NCBI RefSeq assembly: GCF_030028105.1
Contig: NC_092377.1
Coordinates: forward strand, 28,392,782 to 28,456,781
DNA from: Mobula birostris
Lineage: Eukaryota
Length of the DNA: 64,000 nucleotides
Direction: 5' to 3'
The notes under the pieces are model-generated. The model did no database searches. It was not told where the DNA came from and saw only the letters and a list, made by a program, of their open reading frames with translations. Positions 11,845 through 24,140 of this stretch are shown here, one piece after another. Made by a program: the position numbers and the translations under genes. Every line of letters begins with the position of its first letter. Positions within the stretch are counted from its first letter, which is position 1.

Positions 11845-12115
11845 TCATTTATTTTTGGGATCTGGGTATTGTTAACAAAGTCATTCTTAATTGTCCTTGA
11901 GACTGTAGCCTTCTTGAACTATTGCATTCCTACTGGTGAATGTACTTTCAAGTTTTTGTTGTGTATGGAGTTCCAGGACCTAGATACGGTGGCAATAAAT
12001 CAATGGTCCTGTTTTTTTCCATATATCAGGGTGGTGCGTAGATCATGTGTGGAGAGGAACGTGAAAGTGGTTGTGTTCCCATGTGCTTGCTGCCTCTGTT
12101 CTCTGGATAATGTTA
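11845..12115 (-). mobile_element. Ancient LINE 3' remnant (family uncertain)
   Basis: Resembles a repeat I recall as common in chondrichthyans (gccttcttgaac..ggagttccagga..gtggttgtgttcccatg). Highly diverged. Confidence 0.45.
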
Positions 12116-12139
12116 GAGTACCCTAAATTAGTAACTGCT

Positions 12140-12467
12140 AGATGAGTTCAAAGTTCAAAGTAAATTTTATTTTCGGAAATATATATATGTCATTACATAC
12201 AATTCTGAGATTCATTTTCCTGAGGGCATACTCAGCAAATCCATAAAATAGTAATTATAACAGGATCAATGAAAGATCAACTAGAGTGCAGAAGACAACA
12301 AACGGTGCAAATGCAAATATAAATAATGAGAACTTGATATAACAAGATAAAGAATCATTTTGTTCAAGAGCCTGATGGTTGATGGGTAGAAACTGTCCTT
12401 AAACCTGGTGGTGTGAGTCCTGGGGCTCTTGTACTTCTACCTGATGGCAGTAGTGAGAAAAGAGCAT
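12140..12467 (-). mobile_element. Rex1/Babar-type 3' fragment
   Basis: Tail (gttcaaa)n at ~12146-12161, and minus-strand HALFSLLPSGRSTR..RFKDSFYPSTIRLLN-like coding sequence. Confidence 0.75.
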
Positions 12468-13247
12468 GGCAGATGGAGTTTAATCTGGGCAAGTACAAGG
12501 CATTGCACCTAGGGAAATCAAAGGTAAAGGCAAAGTGCACATTGAATGGCAAGATCCTAATAGGATTGATGCACAGAGGGATCTTGAGGTCAATGTCTGT
12601 AGATCCCTGAAAGTGACTGAACAAATTGATAGGGTAGTAAAGAAGGTATACGCTATCCTTGCTTTATTACTCAAGTCATTGAGTTGAATAGCCAGGAATT
12701 TATGTAACAGTGGTTTGATTCAGCTGCATCTTGCATTTAGTTCTGTTCACCACATTATAAGAATGACATGGAGACTTTGGAAAGGGTACAGAAGAGGTTT
12801 ACCAGGACTCCGCCTGCATGGTGAGTATCAGCTAAAGGAGGTCGGATAAACTTGGATGATTTTCTCCAGAGCCTGTTGAAAGCTGAGGGATGACCTGATA
12901 GGAATATATATAATAATGAAATATATAAATAGGGTAGTTAACAGAGTTTTTTCCCCTAGGATGGAAATGTTAAATAGTAGATGGCATGCATTTAAGGTAA
13001 GAGGGGAAAAACGTCAAAGGAGACGGGCAGGGCAAGTTTTTTTCACAGAGAGTGGTTGCTACCTGGAATGCATTGCCAGGGGTGTTGGTGGAGCAGATAT
13101 GATTAAGGTATTTAAAAGAGTCCTCAAATACCATATGAAAATGCATAAAATGCATGGGTCTGGACCATATGCAGGCAGAAGGGATTACTGTAATTAAGCA
13201 TCATTATCTTAATTTTAATACAACATTGTGGATTGAAGGGCCTGTTC
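12465..13247 (+). mobile_element. Degenerate CR1 3' fragment
   Basis: WQMEFNLGKYKALHLGK, FSPRMEMLNSRWHAFKVRG, and a CR1 3' UTR. Confidence 0.8.
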
Positions 13248-13850
13248 CTAGAAGATAGAACAATACAGCACAGGAACAGGTCCTTCAGCCCAGACTATCA
13301 TGGCAAACCAATTAAATTCATAATCAAATGGCCAACTAAAATAATCTCTTCTGCCTACAAGATGTCCATACCCTTCCATTTTCCTCACATTCATGTACCT
13401 ATATAAACGCCTCTTAAAAGTCTCTAATGTTTCTAACTCTACCACCACTCCAGGCAGCACATTCCAGGCACCCACCACTCTCTGTGTGAAAATCTTGCTC
13501 CTCACATCTCCTTTGAAATTACCCCCTCTCACTTTAAATGTGTGCCTTCTGGTATTAAATATTTTAACCCTGGGATAAAGGTACTGTCTGTCTACTCTCT
13601 ATATGTCTCTCATAATCTTATAAACCTCTCTCAGATCTCCCATCAGCCTCTGCTGCTCCAGAGAAAACAAGCCAAGTTTATCCAACCTCTCATTGTAGCA
13701 CGAGCCCTCTAATCCAAGCAGCATCCTAGTTAACGTATTCTGCACCCTCCCCAAAGCCTCGACATCTTTCCTATAATGGGGTGAGGAGAACTGTATGCAA
13801 TAGTCCAGATGCAGCCTAACTAAAGAGTTATAAAGCCACACCATAAATTC
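13248..13850 (-). mobile_element. CR1 3' fragment
   Basis: LYNSLVRLHLDYCIQFSSPHYRKDV, FTQRVVGAWNVLPG, and a tagaa tail. Confidence 0.85.
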
Positions 13851-14604
13851 TTGACATTTGAACTTCTTTTGCTGGATGGAGCTCTTTGATGTGGAATAGA
13901 AACTTGCCACATCTCCTGCAGTTGGACATTTTACCTGCACTTTGTTTCGTTTGTCGGGTTTGTTTGAGCTGAGCACTACTGTCACTTCTTTCTGTGGTCT
14001 TTCTGACTGCACCTTGTTTGCACCCTTCTTTCTGTACAGCTGCTAGCTTTACCTCAACATCATTTTCATGCCTGTTGCTGATGAACATGCTCACTCGGCC
14101 TGAGTGAATAGCTTTCTCTAGTGTGAGATTTGCATAAAACTGAAATCTATGACAACTAGGTGTCTAGTAGCCTGAGATCAATCCTGTCTCTAATGAGCTT
14201 ATCTCTCGGATTTCCATATGCACAGTTGTCTGACAGGACATACAACTCTGTGATGAAGTCATTAACAGTTTCATCTGGCTCCTGTTTTCTGGAGTTGAAC
14301 TTTGCTCACTGATACATTGCTTTCTTGTGAAATATTCTTTGAGCTTGCTCTGCTCTGAATTGTATTCCTTTTTCTGAGCATCTGTCAGTCCTAATCCATA
14401 CATGATATCATCTGCCTTGTCACCCATGAAGTATATCAGTGTGCTGAGTTGATATTGTTCTGAAGCCTGAGTGAGATATCTTGCAACCCTAAATCTCTCA
14501 AGGCATCTGAGACATCTCTAAAAGTCCCATGGTTTACAGAAATCAAATGTCTCAGGGGGTTTTAGTAGGTAAGTAGATGTAGGTACACTGGGTATTTGCT
14601 CCAT
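13850..14604 (-). pseudogene. Ty3/Gypsy LTR-retrotransposon gag relic
   Basis: ATG at 14604: ..KPPETFDFCKPWDF*RCLRCLERFRVA..SEQYQLSTLIYFMGDKADDIMYGLGLTDAQKKEY.., later ELIRDRIDLR and a zinc-knuckle remnant CRRCGK..H....HPAKE. Stops and frameshifts. Confidence 0.75.
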
Positions 14605-14934
14605 TTTCCTGTTAGTTTGTTTATTTATTATTTCTTTAGGCTACAGAAGTCTTCTTTTCTCTCCCTGAGAGTTTGACTGACTCTCCTGACTTCTCAACTG
14701 TGATGGTGTCTCTGTGCACTTCCCAGGGCTAGTAGCCCACAGATTATTACAATGAATCCACTTTTGAGTGTATCTTAAAGGCATTATCTAGCAACCCTGG
14801 CCCTTTCTCAGCTCATGCACATACAGTTAGCAAACTTGCATTGTCAGTTTAGGCTGGTAGGTCTCTGGATATTTTTCATAGAGATATGCAAACAGGAACA
14901 GTCAGTGTAAATTCTTTCTTCTTGGAGACCTCAC

Positions 14935-15188
14935 TGTAGCACCAATCATCAACAATCAACCACATCTGACATGTGGCTGTGTTTGTTATTGAGGGATAGC
15001 ACAGAGCACAGCAGGATGCCAGCATGCAGGGTACTCAGCTGAACTCTATTGACAACCTGATTGGACAGTATGTGAACTCCTCCCATGTTCGAGTGGCTGA
15101 CTGAGTGGCATAGGAATACAGTAATACTGCTAGTTCCCACCACAACTTTCAGCTGCACCACTGAGACACGCATACATTGAACATAACA
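14935..15188 (-). mobile_element. Possible degenerate LTR upstream of the gag relic
   Basis: TGT...ACA termini, CCAAT and AATAAC on the minus strand, and position 5' of gag. No TSD or clear PBS. Confidence 0.3.
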
Positions 15189-15539
15189 AATGTAAGGATT
15201 TCTTAAGATTTGTTCTTGTTCTGGCAGGATTCTTTTGGAGGAACTGTGGCAGAGCCAGAGGTTGTCTGGAGAAATTTTCAGGGCAAGTAATTTCACATGA
15301 ACTCATTACTTATAGGCACATTCCACCATTTCCCTGCTCCAGTTTCTGGAACCTCCAGTTATGTCCATGAAATGCTCACAAAATTTCCATGGGCTCTAAG
15401 GTCTGTATTTCGCCAGCAATGACACCAAGTTCCAGTCATCAAGTTGTCAATCAGAATCCTGACTGACAATAAACTATGTAGTAAAATGCTTGACTTCTTA
15501 ATGGACTCTATTAAGCATCTTAGAGAGAATGAGATAAAG

Positions 15540-15665
15540 ATTAGGATTCTGAAGAGGGGTCTCAGCCCAAAATGGTGACTGTCTTGTTCAGTTCCATGGA
15601 TGCTAATTTTCTCCAGTATTTTTTGTGTGTTGTTTTGGATTTCCAGCATCTGTAGAATTTCATGT
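15540..15665 (+). mobile_element. PLE pLTR fragment with degenerate hammerhead core
   Basis: ctgaagaggggtctcagcccaaaatggtgactg...tgtgtgttgttttggatttccagcatctgtag. Confidence 0.7.
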
Positions 15666-16399
15666 TAAAGATAGGGATGTCCACGCAGATTAAGGTAGGT
15701 GCTGAAATATTATGAGAAACTCTAAAATGTAATTTTAATCATTTTAAAATCCACAGGATATTTGAAATAATTATTCTGACAATCCACGTATATATGAGTA
15801 GTTTTTAACAGTCAGTGAGATTATGAAATAATTATGAGACAGTATAACAATAATAACTCAATGGTGTAACATTCAACAATGTATAACATATTCAGTGTAT
15901 CTGCAACAAGAAAATTATGTACTATGTCTCATTATCCAAGAGAGACAGCAGATTGGACTTCCCATAGATTGTGAAAAATGTAGTTACCACTATCTTTATA
16001 TGCCTGATAATGTTTAGAAAGCATTAACATCTATCAATAGGCACATTTAAATACTTAAATACCTGAATGAAAATTATATAAGCTAACAAATTGCTTCCTT
16101 TAAAAGTGAGAAAACTTATAGACAGGGCTGAAATCAGAAGGTGCAACTGTGTGTGAACACAGACCACTTTCCGTTTGAAGAGTGCCCAGCAGGGACATGA
16201 CACAAGTGGACTAGAAACAGATTATTGTATTTAGACAGACAGTGATTAGCTCTTCAATAGAAATATTTGTTTGGCTGACCTTGAAAGTACATGGATATGT
16301 GGATAATAAATTTGCCAATAATCAGGAATAAGTGTACAAAACTCTGAGATTCACTTTGAAATCTTTATGATTGCCTGGGGGAAGGCTGCAATAGAGTAT

Positions 16400-18420
16400 T
16401 CCATGGATTAGCAGAGTATTACTGATAGCAACCACCGTCAGAACGTGCTGTCAGATTTCCTCAATTACAACAGCGAGCCCTGACAGCTTGTGTTACGTGT
16501 ATCATAAATTTTGGACGAATATTATTTGCACTCTCTGGTTTAGTGAAATGAAAGTGAAAAGCACAGAAAAGACAGAGCAGGCCAGTTAGCATAAACATCA
16601 GAAGGAAGGTTTACATTCTCAAAGCAGGAATTTTAACTGAATGATGGGTTTTGATTTATTGCATTTCCTCTTTCGCGATTCTAATTCTTTTGATTATATC
16701 CTGATATGGTCACAGCACAGAATGCAGTTTAATTCCCCCTACGCTTGCTAATTTTCTGTTCTGCTCGCAACACTCTTCACTTCACGGGAACAACGCCAAC
16801 TCCCTCCCTTGAAAGATTGATGTAATTACAGTAATCTGGTGTAAAGATAATGATCCGATCATCTGGTTTTCTTGTTGTAACTGTGACAGCTCTGATAATT
16901 AATGCAGATTAATGGTAAATCTTCCTTCACCTGATAAAATTAGTCTCTTCAAAGAGTTATTGGCACCCATTATATTTTAGGTCTACATCGGCAAGAGAAA
17001 TGGTATCTGCGAAAAGACCACAAACTTTCAGGTAAGCTAAATTTGTTCAGCCAAACTAAAAGAGAACCACTTACTTTGAGAGGAAAATAAAATACACATA
17101 TGCCCAATAATGAGGTTTTGTGTAAGGATCCAGCATGATAACTCCCATTATGTTATAAGGGGATAATAAAGAAAGCAGTTGCTTATATTTAAAGCAATTA
17201 ATGCAAATCTCTTAGAGTACTTTCTCATGAACAAAACAAGGTATTGAAAAGATACTTGTATCAGGGAGCGGAGGGAAAAGTTCACGTGACGTTTCATTAT
17301 CAATATTCAATTACTAGCATCATTAGCTCAAGCAGACCCTCTCATTTCTCAATAATTACACAGTTTGAAACTGAATTAACTCTTCATTTAAGTCTCCGCA
17401 TCACCAATTGGCTTGCTTCCGAACAATATGCAACTGTTACTGCTTTTCAACACTAATTATTCGTAAGAACATTAACTGCAAGGCATGAGCAGAATTAATT
17501 AAATAATGCACTTCTACAAATTTACAGAAAGGAGTGCTGTGATTTGTAAGGCTGACAAGTGTTGGTTGGCATTTCTTATTGAGACAAAGACTGTTGTCTC
17601 AAGGGCTGTTGTGTAAAGAGAATAGGTTGGAATGTTACAGCTTTTTCATTCAAAGATCCTGACACTCATTCTGCCAGAAATGATGGTACTTGGCATGAGG
17701 GTGACATGTTTATAAATCGCAAAAAATCATGTTCGTCTTTTTCATAGCCAATTAGGTTTCTAACAAACAAGCAACAGCTTGACTTTCCACTGTAATTTGT
17801 TGATAAAATAGGTTCAGGGAAACTTCTTGGCCATCACAAAGAGAAAAAGGAGAGATAATGGAGATGGTAATTTTGCTCATAATATTGAAGGAATTATACC
17901 AACCATCAACAGTTTTATTGCTAATGGATAAATACTACACTCTGCAGATTGAGAAGCAAAGAGACCATCAGCCTGCAGTATGACACCATGCATGTCTAGA
18001 AAATCATTTTACTCCTGCCGTGGAATTCTGATCAACAGCTAAAGTGACAGCAATATTTCATGACATGTTTTACAACAACAACCTTGCAAAAACAGAATGG
18101 CTTGATAGATTATGCCCCCCACTGGAATTGCTAACAACCTCATACCCCGGAAAAAATATTCTCTCTGATCTCCTCCTTTGCTCTTGTCTTGCCAGTTGTA
18201 AAGCTGTCCAGCTGTCAGGTCAGCAGTCCTCTTATGCTCAGGCGTGTACATAAGTAATGGTGATCTCAGATTGATAAATCACTGGGATTGAGACAGAAGG
18301 ATGGTGGGTCATCTATTTATTGCTCGATTTTGCCTCACTCAGATTAATGGCCCAGAATTTCCTGGAAGTGATTTTGTAATTGCTGCTGCTCATTTTTTTT
18401 TATCGCTCTTCACAAGCAGA
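16400..18420. promoter_or_regulatory. TE-free island with clustered TALE/Hox-type motifs (candidate conserved non-coding enhancers)
   Basis: TGACAG/CTGTCA at 16448, 16481, 16884, 18045 and 18212. TGATTTATTG at 16652 and TGATAAAT at 18272, plus many TAATTA/TAAT sites. No recognisable repeats for ~2.7 kb. Confidence 0.4.
16981..17031 (+). other. Candidate 51-nt micro-exon
   Basis: Acceptor attatattttag, donor CAG|GTAAGC, length divisible by 3, no stop in any frame. Product not recognised. Confidence 0.25.
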
Positions 18421-18429
18421 AGTTCAGTA

Positions 18430-18620
18430 TTCTTATTTGCATTGAGAGGAGACTTAGTCTTTGCAAAGCGTATTTCACAACTTAGGTGTGTCCCAATGCA
18501 CTTTACAGTTAGTGAAATATTTCTAAAGCATAGTTACTCTTGTAATATCAGAAAAGTGGCAGCAAATGGCATAGAACAAGCTCCCACAAGCAAAGTGTGA
18601 TAATGGCCAGATGATGTTGT
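18430..18620 (-). mobile_element. Ancient SINE remnant (Deu-domain / SacSINE1-like)
   Basis: tcccaatgcactttacagttagtgaaat..tgtaatatcagaaaagtggcagcaaat..ctcccacaagc..tgtgataatggccagat resembles the 3' part of this SINE class as I recall it. Confidence 0.45.
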
Positions 18621-18719
18621 CTGAGACGAATGTACCATTTGTGCCAAAGGATAATAGGATCATAGTGACGAGCATCATGGATGTGGGCCTGGACAGAGCT
18701 TGTGGTACTGGTTCATCAC

Positions 18720-19185
18720 TGTCATATGCACCATGAGACAGTGAAAAGCTTGTCTTATATACTGCTCATGCAGATCAAATCATTACACAGGTAAAACAAT
18801 AGCAATGCAGAACAAACTGTAAAAGCTACTGAAAAAGTGAAATGCAGTGCAGCTGAACAAAAAAGTGCAAAGTCATAGCAAGGTTGACTGTGAGGCCAAG
18901 AGTCTATCTTATCAGAGGAGAGGTCCGTTCAGAGACTGATTACAGTGATAACAGATAGAAGCTGTCAATGAGTCTAATGGTGCTTTCTTTCAGGCTTTTT
19001 GATCTTCTGGCCAATGGGAGGGAAGACCAGATGTCTGGGGTGGGTGGGTATTTGATTATGCTGGCTGTTTTACTGAGGCAGCGAGAAGTGTAGATAGAGC
19101 ATGAAGGGGAGGCTGGTTCCTGTGATCTACTGAGCTGCGTCCACATCTCTCTGTAGTTTCTTGCAGAGCAGGTGACCATCAGTTA
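18720..19185 (-). mobile_element. Rex1/Babar-type 3' fragment
   Basis: SIYTSRCLSKTASIIKYPPTP..SKSLKESTIRLIDSFY in ORF 18940-19179. Confidence 0.75.
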
Positions 19186-19219
19186 CCTGTAGTAATTTAT
19201 GTTTATTTTCTCTGCTGTC

Positions 19220-19420
19220 CCATTAAGTCAGTCCCCAAAACCCTAACACTCACCAGCACATTAGAGGCAATTTTAAATGGCCAATTCACCTCCCAAACCA
19301 CATACTGTACTTTTAGGAAGAATCCGCACAGACAGCATCCAAAGTCAGGATGAGCTGAGACTCTGGTGCCGGTAGGCAGCGGCTGTACTGGCTGTACCGG
19401 CTGTACCACTGTACCAACCA
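19220..19420 (-). mobile_element. Degenerate tRNA-derived V-SINE
   Basis: Minus strand has a tRNA-like head, gctgtctgtgcgga and aattggcc..taaattgcc (V-domain-like). Contains 9-mer repeats ggctgtac(t/c). Confidence 0.55.
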
Positions 19421-19494
19421 GCTCGGCTGACTTATTGTTTATAATTTCACAAATAAACTCTACTCATACTAAAAACATATACAGGTACAAAATA

Positions 19495-20050
19495 ACACAT
19501 GCAAAATGCTGGAGGAACTCAGCAGGTCAAACAGCACCTATGGAGGGGATTAAAGAGTTAATATTTTATGCTGAGACCCTTCATCAGGACTGGAAATGAA
19601 GGGGGAAGATGCCAGAATAAAAAGTTGGGGTGAGGGGAAGGAGTAGAAGCTGGAGGTGATAGGTAAAACCAGGTAAGTGGGAAGGGAGAGGGGGGAGCTG
19701 AGAGATGAGAGTTGGAAAAGGTAAAGGGCTGAAGAAGAAAGAATCTTCTAGGAGTGGAGAGTGGAACAGAGGACAAAGGGAAGGAGGAGAGACACTGGAG
19801 GGAGGTGAGAGGCAGATAAGGAGAAGAAGGATAAGGGGTAAGAGGGGAGCTAGTATGGGGAATGGAAAAGGAGAGGGGGATGGAGGTTGGAGCAATCAAT
19901 GTGCATGCTATCAGGTTGGAGGCTATGGAGGTGGAATATGAGGTATTGCTCCTCCAGTCTGAGAGTAGCCTCATCATGGCCATGGACTGATATGTTGGAA
20001 TGGAGATTAGAATTAAAATGGTTGTCCATCAGAAAATCTTCCCTGCTGCA
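19495..20050 (-). mobile_element. PLE 3' fragment (GIY-YIG end, 3' region, pLTR with hammerhead core)
   Basis: Minus strand NHFNS..HSNISVHG..EATLRLEEQYLIFHL.SLQPDSM.ID, and ccagtcctgatgaagggtctcagc at ~19570-19592. Confidence 0.8.
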
Positions 20051-20509
20051 GATGGAGCAAAGTACAAAAGGTAGCGTGGCAATGTCCAGCTGATTGGGTT
20101 GTTGTGTGACAATGGGGCCAGGCCCGTCCTCTGCATCCTCAGCATGCAGTGGCACTTGGTATCGGTGTACTCTGGTTCCAAGCACAACCCCATCCAGTCA
20201 CACACAGAGGTAGCCATCATGATGAGAGCAAGATTGACTTTTAATTCTACCTAATCATGCAGGCAGTGTTCTATTCAAACAATAGCTCTTTTGACATCAG
20301 GCTCTTAGCCCTGTGGAATACTCTCAGTTTTAGTATGCATGGGTTGAACCCACAGCCCTTGGCCTATAGATAAGCACCTGAGCAAGAACCATCGGTCGAA
20401 TTCTCTTCCCCTTCTCTTGCAGTGGAAAATCGAAAGATTTGCAACCTCCAATCCAGAAAAAAAGATTACTGACATATTAGAGAAGCAATAGGCTTGTGAG
20501 CATCAGGAC

Positions 20510-20531
20510 CACACACACACACACACACACA
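20510..20531. repeat. (CA)n microsatellite
   Basis: Seen directly in the sequence. Confidence 0.95.
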
Positions 20532-21149
20532 GATAACTTGATAAATTTTAGGTCTGACTTCATCAGAACCGGGAAGGAGATCTACTGGGAATGTGGGTGG
20601 GGGGGGGCGGTGCTCAAAGCAATACTCTTATGGAGAGAAGTGGTAGTTGCCCCAGGGAAATGTTGCATACAATGTCATCCAGTCAATTGGCTAATGGGAG
20701 CAGTTGGTAGTGGGGAACATGGTCCATTGCTTTTAAAAGCAATTAAATGAGGGTGTTTAGGAAGCCAACTCAGAATCTTTTTAAAAGTTAATTAAAATGG
20801 AGTAAACACTAGTGCTAATGTAATAGAAAACAGAACAAATAACGTAACAGGAAGAAGCTGAAATTGAATTGCATGATATAAAATACTACAAAATATCACA
20901 ACAAAATACCATGGACTAATATAACCTTTGTAATCTAATGGTCTTACATAGCTTTAAGTGTAACTGCATTTCACATGTACAGTATCTCCTCTAATTCTGT
21001 TTCTGAGTGCAACTCCCCCAGTGATCTCTCAAAGGAGCTTACTCTCATCTATACTGTCCATGGTTCCTTAAAAGATCCCCCTGGTTCCCAGTGAAATTCT
21101 CATCCCTCTCCCCCTTATTGTAATACCAATCTATCACATATAGATGTGA

Positions 21150-21502
21150 AACAGAGACACCTCTTTTCCCCTTATTAGGGAGGGAGAGAGCCTGTTGTAT
21201 GTCAAATTAACGGGTGAATGAGTAGTCTTTGGGGTACTGCAAGACTGTGTCTTTACGGATGCTTTGCTGCACACTTGAGTGCTCGGTGGGGTCGCCAGTG
21301 CCTTTTTTTTGCTGGTGGGGGCCTTGCTGCTGCTTATGCGTGGGTGGGGGAGCTTGGGGGGTGCTTTAGGGTTCTAATATTTAACTGTCATTCATTCTTT
21401 GGGGCACTCCTCTGTTTTCATGGATGGTTGTGAAGAAAAAGAATTTCAGGATGTATATTGTATATATTCCTCTGATATTAAATGTACCTTTGAAACCTTT
21501 GA
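21150..21502 (+). mobile_element. Non-autonomous retroposon with Rex1/L2-type tail
   Basis: Non-coding body ending gaatttcaggatgtatattg..attaaatgtacctttgaaacctttga, like the tails of the Rex1-type fragments in this window. Confidence 0.55.
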
Positions 21503-21564
21503 TAACAAACCACAATAACAGTCATAAAGTTGTACAGCATAGAAACAGGCCTTTCAGTCCACTA

Positions 21565-21774
21565 CACGCTAAATGCTGGAGGAACTGAACAAGTCAGGCG
21601 ACATATATGGAGGGGAATAAAGTGCTGATGTTTCGGGTCAGGACTGGTGAAGGCTCTCAGCCCGAAACATCAACTGTTCATTCTTCTCCATAGCTGCTAC
21701 CTGACTTGTTGAGTTCTTTGAGCATCTTGTATAGGTGCTGCTCAAGATTTCCAGCATCTATAGAAGCTTCTGTA
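21565..21774. mobile_element. Short fold-back PLE-derived insertion 3
   Basis: 13-bp TSD tttcagtccacta (21552-21564 / 21775-21787). Inverted arms meet at tttcgggtcag-ga-ctggtgaaggctctcagcccgaaacatcaactg. Confidence 0.85.
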
Positions 21775-21899
21775 TTTCAGTCCACTATGTTCATGTCAAC
21801 CAGCATGCCCATCTATACAGATTGCACTCATCTGGACTAATCCCAGATCACTCTATGCCTTGTTCATGTAAGTATCTGTGAAGATTATTGTCTACCGAA

Positions 21900-22632
21900 G
21901 GAAGAAACCAGAAGTCCATGAGTCAGTCCTCAGGGGATTTGAGGTGAAGAGGGTCAGTAACTTTAAATTCCTTGCATTATCATATCAAAGGATCTGTCCT
22001 GGCACCAGCATGTAAGTAACATTACAAAGAAGGCACAACGGCAATTTGTTCAAGTGTGGCCTGTCATCTAAAACTTTGACAAACTTCTATAAATGCACAA
22101 GGAACACTTCCACAAGAAAGCAGCATCCATCATCAAGAACCCACACCATCGAGGCTATGCTCACTTCTTGTTGCTGCCATTGGGAAGGAGGTACAGTAGT
22201 CTTACATCCCGCATAACCAGATTCAGGAACAGTTATTAACCCTCCTCAGGACTCGCAGCACCAGGTTCAAGAAGAGTTACTACCCCTCAACCATCAGGCT
22301 CTTGAATATAAGGGGATAAATTCACTCAACTTCACTTGCCGCATCGTTGAAATGTTTACACAACCTATGCACTCATTTCAAGAACTCTTCATCTCACGTC
22401 TTTGATACTTATTGTTTATTTATTTATTATTATTTCTTTCTTTTTGTATTTGCACAGCTTATTGTCTTTTGCAGACTGATTGAACGCCCAAGTTGGTGTG
22501 TTCTCTCATTAATTCTACTATGGTTATTATTCTATTATGGATTTATTGAGTAGGCCCACAAGAAAATGGAACTCCAGGTTGTATATGGTGACATTAATGT
22601 ACTTTGATAATAACTTAACTTGGAACTTTGAA
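21900..22632 (+). mobile_element. Rex1/Babar-type 3' fragment(s)
   Basis: EVKRVSNFKFL, ITKKAQRQ, LTNFYKC, KAASIIK.PHH, LLPLGRRY, and tail aactttgaa. The last coding block is duplicated. Confidence 0.78.
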
Positions 22633-23039
22633 TCAAACATGTGCTATTGACCCTCACTATGCCTGTCATAATTTCTGATACTCTAAAATGTCAGTTCTCC
22701 ATCTCCTTCACGCTAGGGAAAACAGACCTAGTCTATCCATCTCTGTTGAGTAACTGAAACCCTCCAATCCAAGTATTTCTCTTGAGCTGAATTGTGTACT
22801 TGCTGTAGTGAGGTGACCAGAGGGTCTTATGGCCTATGATGTGTACACGTTACACCTTGTGCCCTATCAACATTTTGTACAACTGTAACCTGATGCTCCA
22901 ATTCCAATAACCAATGTCTTGGCTAATGGAGACAAGCATGATATACACCCTCCTCAGCAGCCCACCTACTTGTGTTCCCATTTTCACTGAACTATGTACA
23001 TGTGTATGTCCTGCTAGGGCTTAACTTCCCAAAATGTAT

Positions 23040-23550
23040 CAGAATCAAGTTTAACGTCACCGGCATATGTTGTGGAATTTGTTAACTTTGTGGCGGCAGT
23101 ACAATGCAATACATGATAAATATAGGGGGAAAGCTGAATTACTGTGACTGTGTGTGTGTATAAATAAGCAGTGCAATATCTGAAACACGTCTTTAAGTGA
23201 GGTGGTGTTCATGGGTTCAATGTCCATTTAGAAATCCGATGGCAGAAAGGGAGAAGCTGTTCCTGAATTACTGAGTATATGCGTTCAGGCTTCTGTACCT
23301 CCTTCCTGATGGTAACAATGTGAAAAGAGCAGGTCCTTAGTGATGGATACCGCCTTCCTGAGGCACTGCTTCTTGAAGATGTCTTGAATGCTACATAGGA
23401 GAGTACTCATGATGGGGCTGACTAATTTTACAATTTTCTGCAACTTACTTTGATCCTGTGCAGTAGCTCTCCCCACCCCATACCAGACAGTGATGCAGCC
23501 AGTCAGAATGCTCTCCATGGTACATTTGTAGAAGTTTGAGTGTTTTTAGT
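23040..23550 (-). mobile_element. Rex1/Babar-type 3' fragment
   Basis: NFYKCTMESILTGCITVWYG..QDQSKLQKIV (ORF 23285-23518). Confidence 0.82.
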
Positions 23551-23729
23551 GAACTTCACTTCACACTTGTTGAGTTAAGTTCCAGCTGTTAAACCCTTTC
23601 CCACTTTCACTATTGATTTACACTCTGTTGTAACCACAAACTTCTTCACTGTCTGCTATACCACCAATTTCAGTGTCATCTGCAAACTCACTAAATTATC
23701 ATACAATCTATTAAAATATATCAATATTC

Positions 23730-24140
23730 AATGTTCAGGATTGTTTATTAGCATTCATCAGTACACAAATGTAAAGGGTAGCTAAGTATTGTTACTCTGG
23801 ATGTGATGTAGCATAAAAAAGCACAATAAGCATAAAAACACAATAACAAACAAGTAATATAAAGAATACAACAATAAAAAACACTATAAATATAAATACA
23901 TAAGGTTAGCTTATATACGTAGAGTGATTGGATATAAAGTGATGCTAAGTAAGTATGATGGTCAGCAGTGTGGTGGGGGTGGGTTAATGGGTGGAGATGT
24001 TGATCATCCTGACGGCTTGGGGTAAGTAAGTATTTTTGAGTGTGTTGGTCCTAGCGTGGAAGCTATATAGCCTCCTCTCTGATGGGAGTGGGACAAACAC
24101 TCCCTGAGTAGGGTGGATGGAATCCTTCACAATATTGCTG
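23730..24140 (-). mobile_element. Rex1/Babar-type 3' fragment
   Basis: Minus strand KDSIHP..LFVPLPSERRLYSFHARTNTLKNTYLPQAVRMIN plus AT-rich tail. Confidence 0.65.

Larger units (their letters stand above)
21520..23700 (-). mobile_element. Old CR1 remnant, repeatedly interrupted (21565-21774, 21900-22630, 23040-23550)
   Basis: CR1 3' UTR (acagcatagaaacaggcc), cccaaaatgtatc (IHFG), and gtgtcatctgcaaa (FADDT). Confidence 0.6.

Noticed and set aside
19381-19415. 9-bp tandem repeat encoding VQPVQPVQP
   Set aside because: It is local slippage within a SINE head, and the ORF is spurious.
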